Source: Chloroflexota bacterium
Lineage (GTDB): Bacteria > Chloroflexota > Anaerolineae > B4-G1 > SLSP01
DNA length: 32,496 nucleotides
Direction of reading: 5' to 3'
Assembly (NCBI GenBank): GCA_009908585.1
Contig: JAAAOZ010000004.1
Location: 1-32,496 of the forward strand
Part shown: positions 13,519 to 22,300 of the stretch, one piece after another
Numbering within the stretch: position 1 is the stretch's first letter
Layout of the letters: each line of letters opens with the position of its first letter
Notes under the pieces: generated by a model
What the model was told of the DNA's origin: nothing
Seen by the model: only the letters and a program-made list of their open reading frames with translations
Databases searched by the model: none
Program-made: the position numbers and the translations under genes

Positions 13519-14499
13519 ATGCCAAACATTCAGCCTGGCGTAGGAGACGTCCATGTTCGAAAATTACTGACGAACATCAGCGTCCAATATAAAAATGACA
13601 ACTACATCGCGGATCGCATCGCTCCCCCCGTTCCCGTTGACAAACAGGCCGACTTGATCCCGGTCTATACAAAGGAATACTGGGCCAGAAGCGTCGCTGA
13701 GGAACTGGCCTATATGCAAGCCCCGCCGGTCGGAGGTTATGAGGTTGAAACCGATTCCTACATGTGTCGCATGTACGGCATCGCCGATGCCATCCCGGAT
13801 GAGCAGAACGAAAACCAGGATCTCCCCTTTAACGCGGCACGCGACGCCAGCGAGTGGGTAACCGATCAACTGATGCTCAAGCGGGAGATCGACTTCCTGA
13901 CCAACTTCTGGACGACGGGAGTCTGGGGCACCGACGCGGTCGGAGACGGCGGCGGCGCAGATGACTTTGTGAAGTGGAGCGACTACACCACCTCCACCCC
14001 GCTCGCCGATCTCCGAGGATACGCGCGCACCATTCGCCACAACACCATGGGACGCAACCCCAACGTGCTGGTCTTGGGCGATCTCACCTTTGACGTGCTG
14101 GCCGATCACCCCGACGTTATGGAGACGATCAAATACAGCGCCTCGGCGGAAAGCCCCGCGCGCGTTACCCCCAACCTCCTGGCCCAGTTGTTAGGCCTCG
14201 ATGAGGTATTGATCGGCACCGTGGTCTACACCACCACGCCGGAAGGCGGAGATGCAACCTATACCAACGGCTACGGAGACGACGCCCTCCTGGTCTACCG
14301 TGAAAACGCCCCCTCATTGCGACGCCCCTCGGCCCTCTACACCTTCTTCTGGACGAGCGTCCTCGGTACAAACCAGTATATCCGGCAGCGCCGCGACCCC
14401 AACTCCGACCGAGGATGGTTGATCGAGGCTATGAGCTACTGGCACATCAAGGGCTTGTCCTCGGACGCCGGTGTTTTCATGTCCGACGCCGTAGACTAA
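13519..14499 (+). CDS. major capsid protein (HK97-fold type)
   Basis: 326 aa immediately after protease, scaffold and the DUF2190-like gene. The N-terminal IADRIAPPVPVDKQADLIPVY pattern is common in this capsid family. AAGGAG RBS. Confidence 0.8.
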   Translation: MPNIQPGVGDVHVRKLLTNISVQYKNDNYIADRIAPPVPVDKQADLIPVYTKEYWARSVAEELAYMQAPPVGGYEVETDSYMCRMYGIADAIPDEQNENQDLPFNAARDASEWVTDQLMLKREIDFLTNFWTTGVWGTDAVGDGGGADDFVKWSDYTTSTPLADLRGYARTIRHNTMGRNPNVLVLGDLTFDVLADHPDVMETIKYSASAESPARVTPNLLAQLLGLDEVLIGTVVYTTTPEGGDATYTNGYGDDALLVYRENAPSLRRPSALYTFFWTSVLGTNQYIRQRRDPNSDRGWLIEAMSYWHIKGLSSDAGVFMSDAVD

Positions 14500-14502
14500 A
14501 CC

Positions 14503-14802
14503 ATGTACGTTATAGCGGCCAAGGATATGGGATACAACGGGAAGCGCGTCATGCGCGGCCAAATTTTCGAGCTAAAAGGCTTCCGAAACGATGGCTTAAT
14601 GCTCAAGCACCGCACACTGCGCCCGTTGAAACCGGCGCCAAAAAGCAAGAGCGACCTCAAGAAATACCCCAGATGCGGCGAGTGCGGTCGCTATTTCGCC
14701 GCCACCACACACCGCGACCGATGCGGCCAACGACATGAGCTATCACAGGCCTCCGTTCGAGATCGTCGCCGCCGTGACGCCCGCCAGAGGATGAGCGACT
14801 AA
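14503..14802 (+). CDS. hypothetical basic protein with CxxC (99 aa)
   Basis: Tightly packed after the capsid gene. CGECG. Confidence 0.65.
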   Translation: MYVIAAKDMGYNGKRVMRGQIFELKGFRNDGLMLKHRTLRPLKPAPKSKSDLKKYPRCGECGRYFAATTHRDRCGQRHELSQASVRDRRRRDARQRMSD

Positions 14803-15368
14803 TGACCATCGATGACCTGGCCTGGCTACGTTTAGCGATTCAAGATCGTTACCGCATCTCCCTGGAGGAGATCATCGGTCTAGGCAACGGCGCGCGCACG
14901 CGCTACCAGACGGGCATGGCCCCCGTGGTATCAGAGAGCGAGGAAATCCGAGTTGATACCACGGTCAAGGCCCGAGATGTGGACTATACCATCGACACCG
15001 ACACCGGCCTGGTTACTATGACAGCAGCACCGAGCGACGCCGCCGAGATCATAGCTTCATATCAATGGAGCGCGTTCTCAGACGCCGAGCTAAACGACCT
15101 CCTCGACCGCTACAACACCGTCACCAACGCCGCCATCGCCGCATTGAAGGCCATCCTGGCCGACAATGACCGCTTCTTAAAATACACCTTCGGGCAGGAG
15201 TCAGTAGACCGCACGGCAGCCCGCGACGCCATCTCTGACCTGATCGACATGCTGAAGGGCGACATCGGAGGAACGGCGCGCCTGGTCAAGGCTGACACGG
15301 ACGCTAGAAGGAAACTTATCAAGCCTTACATGGTCAGTCCGTACAACGATAACGAGATAACGGACTAG
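14802..15368 (+). CDS. putative head-tail connector/adaptor region protein (188 aa)
   Basis: TAATG overlap. Assigned by position only. Confidence 0.65.
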   Translation: MTIDDLAWLRLAIQDRYRISLEEIIGLGNGARTRYQTGMAPVVSESEEIRVDTTVKARDVDYTIDTDTGLVTMTAAPSDAAEIIASYQWSAFSDAELNDLLDRYNTVTNAAIAALKAILADNDRFLKYTFGQESVDRTAARDAISDLIDMLKGDIGGTARLVKADTDARRKLIKPYMVSPYNDNEITD

Positions 15369-15370
15369 CC

Positions 15371-15715
15371 ATGAGTCACGGACGATTCCCGACGCCGACC
15401 GCACGACGCGACCGGCAGTCCATTAGAGACGACAAATTCGAGACCCTGACAATCATGCGAGGCCGACGCGGAGCAGAAGAGCGCATCGCGGCCTTTCAGG
15501 GACGGATTGCCGGTACGTCGTCCAGCAGCCTGGGGCGTGATCACCAGAAAGACATCGCCTCCACCAGTTCTAGGATCGTTGTTATTACGGCCCCCATGTG
15601 GTTAAGCGTGAGGCGCGGGGACGAGATCTGGACGAAAGACGAAATCCGGTACAGGATCATATCAGTTGACGAGTACCCTGGACAAATTCAAATCATAGCG
15701 GAGATGCTACAATAG
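15371..15715 (+). CDS. putative head-closure / head-tail joining protein (114 aa)
   Basis: Position and size. The C-terminal RRGDEIW...IRYRIISVD pattern is typical of the head-tail joining family. Confidence 0.65.
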   Translation: MSHGRFPTPTARRDRQSIRDDKFETLTIMRGRRGAEERIAAFQGRIAGTSSSSLGRDHQKDIASTSSRIVVITAPMWLSVRRGDEIWTKDEIRYRIISVDEYPGQIQIIAEMLQ

Positions 15716-15735
15716 CATCCCGCGAAGGAGCGACT

Positions 15736-16263
15736 ATGAAACACCAAACCAAAACCTTTCTAACGTTGGCGATTTTGACCTGCATCCTCTTTGCGGCCCT
15801 GGCCATCAGCGCCCGCGCGCCGGCGGAGATCGACGCGGCCAGCATCACATCTTCCCAAACCATCACAGTGGACGACGGCGCGACCGCCTACACTACCACC
15901 GCCACCAGCGACCCCATCTTCTCCGAGTACTACGGCGACCTAACGATCTACGTGAGCAACGACATCTCCGGCACCAGCACCACAACCGACACATACGCTA
16001 TCACCATCACCGTCCAGGCCGCCATTCAACCCGTCGCATGCGCCAACGTGACGGAATGGACGACATCCACCATTGCCAGCGTCTATGAAACCAGCAGCAC
16101 CGCCAGCCTGCAAAACGCGCCGGCCCAAGACGTAATCGAAGAAGATGACGCCGTGATCTTCACCGTACCGGCCCAAGGCCGATGCACACGCCTGCGCTAT
16201 GACTTGGCGACTTCCACCACCTACACCCCCACGGCCTACATTCGCCTGGTGAATTCGCAATGA
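15736..16263 (+). CDS. secreted or membrane Thr/Ser-rich protein with Sec-type signal peptide (175 aa)
   Basis: N-terminus MKHQTKTFLTLAILTCILFAALAISARAPAE. GAAGGAG RBS. Confidence 0.7.
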   Translation: MKHQTKTFLTLAILTCILFAALAISARAPAEIDAASITSSQTITVDDGATAYTTTATSDPIFSEYYGDLTIYVSNDISGTSTTTDTYAITITVQAAIQPVACANVTEWTTSTIASVYETSSTASLQNAPAQDVIEEDDAVIFTVPAQGRCTRLRYDLATSTTYTPTAYIRLVNSQ

Positions 16264-16745
16264 CAACTCCGAAAGTGCGCGTGATTTGGAGAAATCAGGA
16301 GGTCTGGCGATTCCACGCGCGGAGCATTGATCGCGCGACCGCAGAGATCGAAACCCAACGCCACCTCGGCCATCCACCTGCCCCCGTTGGAAGCCACGTT
16401 TACTTCGGCGAGGAGCTACTGGGCATCATTCGCTGTGTCAAGCGCCAACCGTTCAACCGCTACCGCCTGGTCTACGATCCCCCACGGGAAGAACGGGAAG
16501 AAACGGAGGAAACGGAGGCCGAAACGGCAGAATCGCCGAAAGAGTCCTCGGAACCCGCCGGTCCTTACCTACTGGCATCCCTTGATCTCGATGACCGCAT
16601 TCTGGCCGCATTGACCGAGTACTTCGGCGGCCCCGCGAGCACAAGCGAAGTAAGCGCCGCAACCGACGAGGAACTGCTGGCCATTAAGGGCATCGGCCCC
16701 GCCAGCTTGCAGGACATCAGAAACGCCATCGCAGGCCTTGACTGA
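16260..16745 (+). CDS. protein with C-terminal helix-hairpin-helix domain resembling RNAP alpha-CTD (161 aa)
   Basis: LDLDDRILAALTEY...TDEELLAIKGIGPASLQDIRNAI preceded by an acidic linker. ATGA overlap. Confidence 0.7.
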   Translation: MTTPKVRVIWRNQEVWRFHARSIDRATAEIETQRHLGHPPAPVGSHVYFGEELLGIIRCVKRQPFNRYRLVYDPPREEREETEETEAETAESPKESSEPAGPYLLASLDLDDRILAALTEYFGGPASTSEVSAATDEELLAIKGIGPASLQDIRNAIAGLD

Positions 16746-17200
16746 TGGACGAGTACGCCGACCTCGGAGCATGGGCATTCGCCAGACTACAGGCCGACAC
16801 CGATGTGGTGGCCAGCGTCATGCCGGACATGATCTTCGAGGCCGGTGACCTGCGCGCCGAGGACATCAACGCAGCCCAGGCGAAGCGTAAGCGCGAGGAA
16901 CTAACCGACCGAGTACTGGCCATTGTAGTAATCGACAGCGGACAAGACGGGCAGAATTGCTCATTCAGCGTGTTGATCTATGACCGCTACGGCTACACCA
17001 ACATCCGCACCGCGCGCCAGGCCGTGATCGCCGCGCTTATCAATTGCCCGGCCAAACTACCTAGGGCTGCGACAATCAGCGAAGTAAAATTCACGGGCCG
17101 GTCTGGCTTTGGCTTTTCGATTGACCCCAAGGTCGACATGGACTTTGAGCGCGTCGACTTCGAGGGTCGCATATTTGCAGAGACTGACACCTATTTCTAA
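16745..17200 (+). CDS. putative tail completion / neck protein (151 aa)
   Basis: Position immediately upstream of the tube gene, and size. Confidence 0.65.
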   Translation: MDEYADLGAWAFARLQADTDVVASVMPDMIFEAGDLRAEDINAAQAKRKREELTDRVLAIVVIDSGQDGQNCSFSVLIYDRYGYTNIRTARQAVIAALINCPAKLPRAATISEVKFTGRSGFGFSIDPKVDMDFERVDFEGRIFAETDTYF

Positions 17201-17221
17201 CAACTAAAAAGGAGCCTAATC

Positions 17222-18073
17222 ATGGTGAAACGAGCAGCACATGGTGGCATGCGCCACCTCGGAGTGTACCAACTTGGCGACGACGGCCTGCCGTTCGTAT
17301 CAGCGGCCGGCGCCGATCCCTATTCTGGCCTTTGGATGAACATGGCCCAGAGTTTCGTGCCCCAGTGGGTCGACGGGCAGATCATCCAATTCGAGGGGGA
17401 TGACCAGAGCCAAGGCCAGATCGACCTCGGCCCTAACGAAATGAGCAGCATCCAGATCGCCACCAGCGTCAACAACCTCACGGTCGACGCGCTCCTGGCC
17501 AACACCAGCGTGTTCCAGTTGGGCGGCAGCGACGCATTAGGCCGCGAGACCGACCGCGACAACTGCCTCCCCACCGTCATGCTACTGGCCTATTCTCAAG
17601 GTATTGACCGAGAACCCGACAGCCTCACTTTTGGTAACACGATCTATCGCTACTACCTGGTCATGCAAGCGATGGTCCGCGCCATGCCCGGCGGACATGA
17701 AAGCGGAAATCCGGCTACAACCGAGTACACCGCCTATCCTCGCAAGGTCGAGAAAATTCTCGGCTTTGACTTTGACGTGGCGACCCACGGCTTTGCCGAA
17801 GCCGCGTACATCGACGGGCACATGCCCGGGCCCCCCGTGCTCGACGCCTTCCTAATCGATGCTAGTCCAACTCTGACCCTGAACCTGAGCGAGACTCCTT
17901 ACAGCGAGACCGCCTATTTCCAGGCGTTCCTGGTGGCCGCCGCCGACGGATCTGGGACCGACATCACCTCCGACGCGACGGTCGACGCCGACGCCGGCAC
18001 CATCACCTTCACAACTCCGGTCGAGGATGACCAGGTCTTCGTGTTGTACGCAAAATCCGGCGGGTGCAGCTAA
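17222..18073 (+). CDS. major tail (tube) protein with C-terminal Ig-like extension
   Basis: 283 aa directly upstream of the G/GT chaperone pair. AAAGGAG RBS. Confidence 0.75.
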   Translation: MVKRAAHGGMRHLGVYQLGDDGLPFVSAAGADPYSGLWMNMAQSFVPQWVDGQIIQFEGDDQSQGQIDLGPNEMSSIQIATSVNNLTVDALLANTSVFQLGGSDALGRETDRDNCLPTVMLLAYSQGIDREPDSLTFGNTIYRYYLVMQAMVRAMPGGHESGNPATTEYTAYPRKVEKILGFDFDVATHGFAEAAYIDGHMPGPPVLDAFLIDASPTLTLNLSETPYSETAYFQAFLVAAADGSGTDITSDATVDADAGTITFTTPVEDDQVFVLYAKSGGCS

Positions 18074-18525
18074 TGCCGCGCCGTAAAGAACTGAGCTTCT
18101 CCGATGACCAGATCAATGTCGATCTGGTCATCGTTGAGGCTACCGCCATGACCGCCATGAAGCGCGCTGTATACGCTGGCCGCGCGGAAGCCTACGTCAA
18201 AGCACTGAACACCACCATAGAGGAGGACGGCCCCGCCGCAGCAGGAGGTCTGGTCGCCGTCCAGGCCAAGATCATGTTAGTCCGCATCTTCTACCCCGAC
18301 CTGTTGGCATCGGCGCAGGAAATCACCGGCCTCGACCCCGACATGAAGGTCGAGGAGTTTCTCGACCTCCCCCAGGCACTCACAGACGCCTGGCAAAACC
18401 TAACCTACGAACTCAACCCCCACTGGAATCCGTTCAGAGGTGAGGAAGACGAGACCGAGGACGAGCAAAAAAAAGACGAGAGCGAGAACGCCGAGAGCAG
18501 CAGCGAAGCATCCGCATCCAACTAA
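18073..18525 (+). CDS. tail assembly chaperone (gpG-like), acidic C-terminus
   Basis: TAATG overlap. Sits between the tube and tape measure genes. Contains the slip site. Confidence 0.75.
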   Translation: MPRRKELSFSDDQINVDLVIVEATAMTAMKRAVYAGRAEAYVKALNTTIEEDGPAAAGGLVAVQAKIMLVRIFYPDLLASAQEITGLDPDMKVEEFLDLPQALTDAWQNLTYELNPHWNPFRGEEDETEDEQKKDESENAESSSEASASN

Positions 18526-18761
18526 TCGAGTACAACCGCGCGCTCAACGAGTCAAGCGCCGGCGACTTTGAGGACGATGGGCAATGGGAGCTATATAAGC
18601 CAGAGCTTTCCATGCGCCTTTGGAAGCTATGGCGTTCTTTCGGTGACAAGGAGCCGCTTTTCCCCGGCGGCCTTGTCAACTGGCCGGACTGGGTGATCCA
18701 CGACTTCCGAATTTTGGAATGGCAGCATCGCATCATCAAACAAGAGTTTGAAACCGATTGA
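18073..18761 (+). CDS. tail assembly chaperone, -1 frameshift-extended form (gpGT-like)
   Basis: A_AAA_AAA at 18468-18474 is aligned to the zero frame (CAA AAA AAA). The -1 frame is open from 18444 to the TGA at 18759-18761. Confidence 0.55.
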
Positions 18762-18772
18762 GGAGGCGCCCC

Positions 18773-19312
18773 ATGCGCATCACCGCCGGCCTGGTTCAAG
18801 ATGACGAGTATAACGATTTTTGGCACAACTTGGCCGGGATAGGCGACCTCGGCGCGCGCGAAACGGAGATCATTGCCGATACGGCACGCCGAGGCATTCA
18901 CGAAAACTTCAAGCGCGAGCAGTCTCCTGACGGAACACCATGGACACCCCTGGCCCCCTACACCCAACAGCAACGCCGCGCCGGCATCGATGAGCGCGGC
19001 ATCCCTTTTTCAACCGGCGCAGAACACCCCATCCTGCGCCGCACCGATGACCTCCTCCTTTCGTTTGTGAACCCCCGTCACCCGCGCAACATCACCATTG
19101 CAGATCATGACGGATGGAATACCCGTATCACACTCGGAGCCGTTGACGACCCGCAGACCCCCAACCGCATCGCAACCCTACACGCCGGCGGAACCACGGC
19201 CACAGGACGCATCGTTCCCCCGCGTCCATTTGTTGGGCTTGGAACCAAGGCCATCCGGCAACTCGAAGCCCAGGCCCTGGCAATCCTAACGCAGCGCGTG
19301 AAAAACCTCTAA
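18773..19312 (+). CDS. Mu gpG-like virion morphogenesis / tail completion protein (179 aa)
   Basis: FKREQSPDGTPWTPLAP...ILRRTDDLLLS...HAGG...IVPPRPFVG matches the phage virion morphogenesis family pattern. GAGGAGG RBS. Confidence 0.7.
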   Translation: MRITAGLVQDDEYNDFWHNLAGIGDLGARETEIIADTARRGIHENFKREQSPDGTPWTPLAPYTQQQRRAGIDERGIPFSTGAEHPILRRTDDLLLSFVNPRHPRNITIADHDGWNTRITLGAVDDPQTPNRIATLHAGGTTATGRIVPPRPFVGLGTKAIRQLEAQALAILTQRVKNL

Positions 19313-19313
19313 C

Positions 19314-19327
19314 ATTTCCCAGGAAAT
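19314..19327. promoter_or_regulatory. palindromic site ATTTCC-CA-GGAAAT (copy 3 of 4), overlapping the tape-measure RBS
   Basis: It lies within a 19-nt exact repeat (19310-19328, also found at 26243-26261) that starts at a TAA stop codon. Confidence 0.45.
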
Positions 19328-19330
19328 ACC

Positions 19331-22300
19331 ATGACAACAGATTTTAAAATCAAGATCACCATAGACGGCCAAGACGCGGCCCAACAGGCCGGCGACGTCC
19401 GCAAGGCCATCGAAAAGGAACTCGGCGCGATCACGTTCCAGACCAAGATGGACAAGAGCACCGCCAACGCCCTGAAGCGCATGTTCTCCTATGCCGGCAA
19501 GGAGGCCAAGAATCTGGAACGCGCCGCCGCCGCCTTGCAGCAGATCGGGGAGGTTGACCCCGACAGCCTGGAAGGCCTACACCGCGCCATGCTCTCCATC
19601 AAGCAGGACGCCAAGGGCATCGGCAAAGCGATGGCCGACGGCATGCAGGAGAACTGGGGGAGATTAGAAACGACCCTCACGGCCATTCAGAGCCAGATCT
19701 CCGGGATCGTGGCGCGCGGCCCGGCGAGTGCTTTTGGCGAGATGACCGGGGAGATACAAGGACTTGACGACGCCCTGGACGCCGGCACCACTAAGGCCGT
19801 CTCCGCAATGCAGAAAATCAAAGAACTCGAAGGCCGCATCCAAGGCGCGACCGAGGAAATAGGCCGCTTGGGATCACAGCGCTTTCAACCCCTCTCCGGC
19901 GCGACGACGACCACCATGGATGCGCTATTTGAGGGATTCGCTTCCAGCGGCTACAAGTCATATATTTCCAGGATTAAAAACAAGATCACCCGCGAGCTTG
20001 AGGAGATGCAGGTCGAGGTCGCCGGGAAAATGGCCAATGTTCAAGACCATATCGCGCGCCGGGTGGAGATCGGAACCCGCATGCGCGATATGGTCATCGG
20101 CGGCGGACTGTCAGAGGATGAAGTCGAGGAAGTACAATCTCACTACGACCGCCTTGGCGTCGCTATCACCGTAAGCGCCGAAGGCCTCGCGCAAAACATG
20201 GAAGAAGTCCGACAGGCCATTAGAGAGCACATGGCCATTGAGCCGCCAGAAGGATCGCCAGAGCTTGCGCAGTGGAAAGAGCAGATGGAAACCCTTTCAG
20301 CGATCAAGATTGACATTGACCGCGAGATCGGGGAAGCGCGATCCTCCGTCTATGATCAAGAGACCGTGGCCCTGATGAGCAAGATGGACGCGCGAGAACG
20401 CGAGCTTAGAGAAGAGCATGCCGGCAATATTGAGCTTTGGGAAGAATTCGGCATGGAGTCGATAGAGGAGGTCAAGCAGGCCCTGGAACGCGAAGGGCAG
20501 CAGGCCGCCGCCAACACCATCGCGTCCATGGTCAAACTCCAAGAGCGCGTCAACCGCCTCCAGCAGAAACAAAAAGCTCAAGTCTCGAAGCTTCAAAAAG
20601 GCGCGACGGCGCAGCTTCCAAAGGGAGCGCAAGGCACCCTGGTCGACTTCATCAACGCTCAGAAAGCGATGGGCGATGCAGTCACTGGTACAATAGAAAT
20701 CATCAACGAGCAAGCAGACGCATTCGACAATCTAGTCGAGGCCATGGACGCGGCAGCGAAGGCCTCCGAAGGGATGAATTACATCGAGCGCCGCGCATCT
20801 CAGGAGCTTGAAGCAGCAGCACGGCGCGAGCTAACCAAACGCACCAGAGCCAGCGTGCCCCTTGACCAAGCGGCAGAAAACAGCCGCGACGTTCTAACCC
20901 GCCTGGCCGGTCATGTTGCATCACTACGAACCGCCATCGAAACACCCATGGACGAGATGGCCCAGGCAACCGACGAGGCCGCCGACGGCGTAGAAAGCGA
21001 CGTCTCGCAGCTCCGCCAGAAACTAACCGAACTCCAAACCCAGGCCATGAAGGAGATCGAAAGCTTACCAAGACGCGGCGTCGGGATAGAGAAAGCCACC
21101 GAGCAATCGCGCGCCGTTCTTCTCCGTCTGGCCCAAGAGATCGAGGCCCTCCAACAAACCGCCGCCAAACCCGCCGAGGACGCAGCAGAAGCGACCCAGG
21201 ACACAGCCAAACAAGTGGCCAGCAGCGTCGACAAGATCGAGCGCGAACTGGCCAGCGATCCCACAGAACCCGCCAAAGAACAAGCGAAAGGCCTTGTCAA
21301 AGTTTGGCAATGGGTATCAGACAAGCTTGTCGGCCATTCGATAGTGCCTGAGATGGTCGCCGGGATAAACGCAGAGCTTCGCAAGATCGACACGCGCCCC
21401 ATCGCTGACGTGAAGAGCGCAGCAACGCCCGGCCCCACAGCCTCCGACCTACAAGGCGTGGCCCTCTACAACGAGACCGGCCAGAACCGCGCAGTCGGAA
21501 AAGCGATGCAACGCCAGCACTCCACAGCATGGTGGGCAGCCTACACAAATGCCTTCACAGCTTCACAAGAAGGAATGGCCGCCGTCGCGCAAAAGACCGA
21601 GCAGGACATCGCCGCCGCCACCGACCACCAGCAAGCGATTCGCAACACACAAACCGCCGCGCGCGCGATCTTGGACGAGTGGCGACAGGTATACGAGGAG
21701 CTTGTCGGTCACTCGATCATCCCCGACATGGTGAGGGAAATAAACGCATGGCTTGCAAAAGTTGACCCTGAATATTTCGGGTCAGAAGCCTTAGTCGGGA
21801 TGGCAGAGTCTACAGCGCAGGAAGTGAGCGAGGTCCTCACCGCAGCCACGGAAGGCCTACCCATCGAAAACATCACGGCGCGCCTGGCCGACCTGGAAGC
21901 GGAGCGCAAGTCGCTAAACAGGGAGATGGCCGAGATGACCCTGCGCGGCGGCCTTCAACCGTCAAAGCAGGCCGGCCCCCGCTACCGCGCCATGATGGAC
22001 GAGATGTACAGCGACATGGACAAGATGCGCGGCGAGATCGGCGGGGAAGGGTGGGGATCGGACGAGGAAGCCGCCATGCGAGCCATGGGTTACATGCCGA
22101 AAGGCTGGTCCCCGCACCAAGGCGAGCGAATGACCGAAGGATCGGAAGACGAATTCGTCCGCGCCCTCAACACTGACGCGGAATTTAAAACCAGATTCAC
22201 CGCCGAGGAAGAGGCCCGCCTTGAAGGCGTCATGGAGAAGTTGGCCGCCGTTGAAGTCCAGTATGCAACGCTGGCCCAGTCACTTATCAAACGCCGCGAT

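Noticed and set aside
12911-14109. Minus-strand ORFs of 204 and 181 aa
   Set aside because: They run antisense to the scaffold, DUF2190-like and capsid genes. This is the typical shadow-ORF composition.
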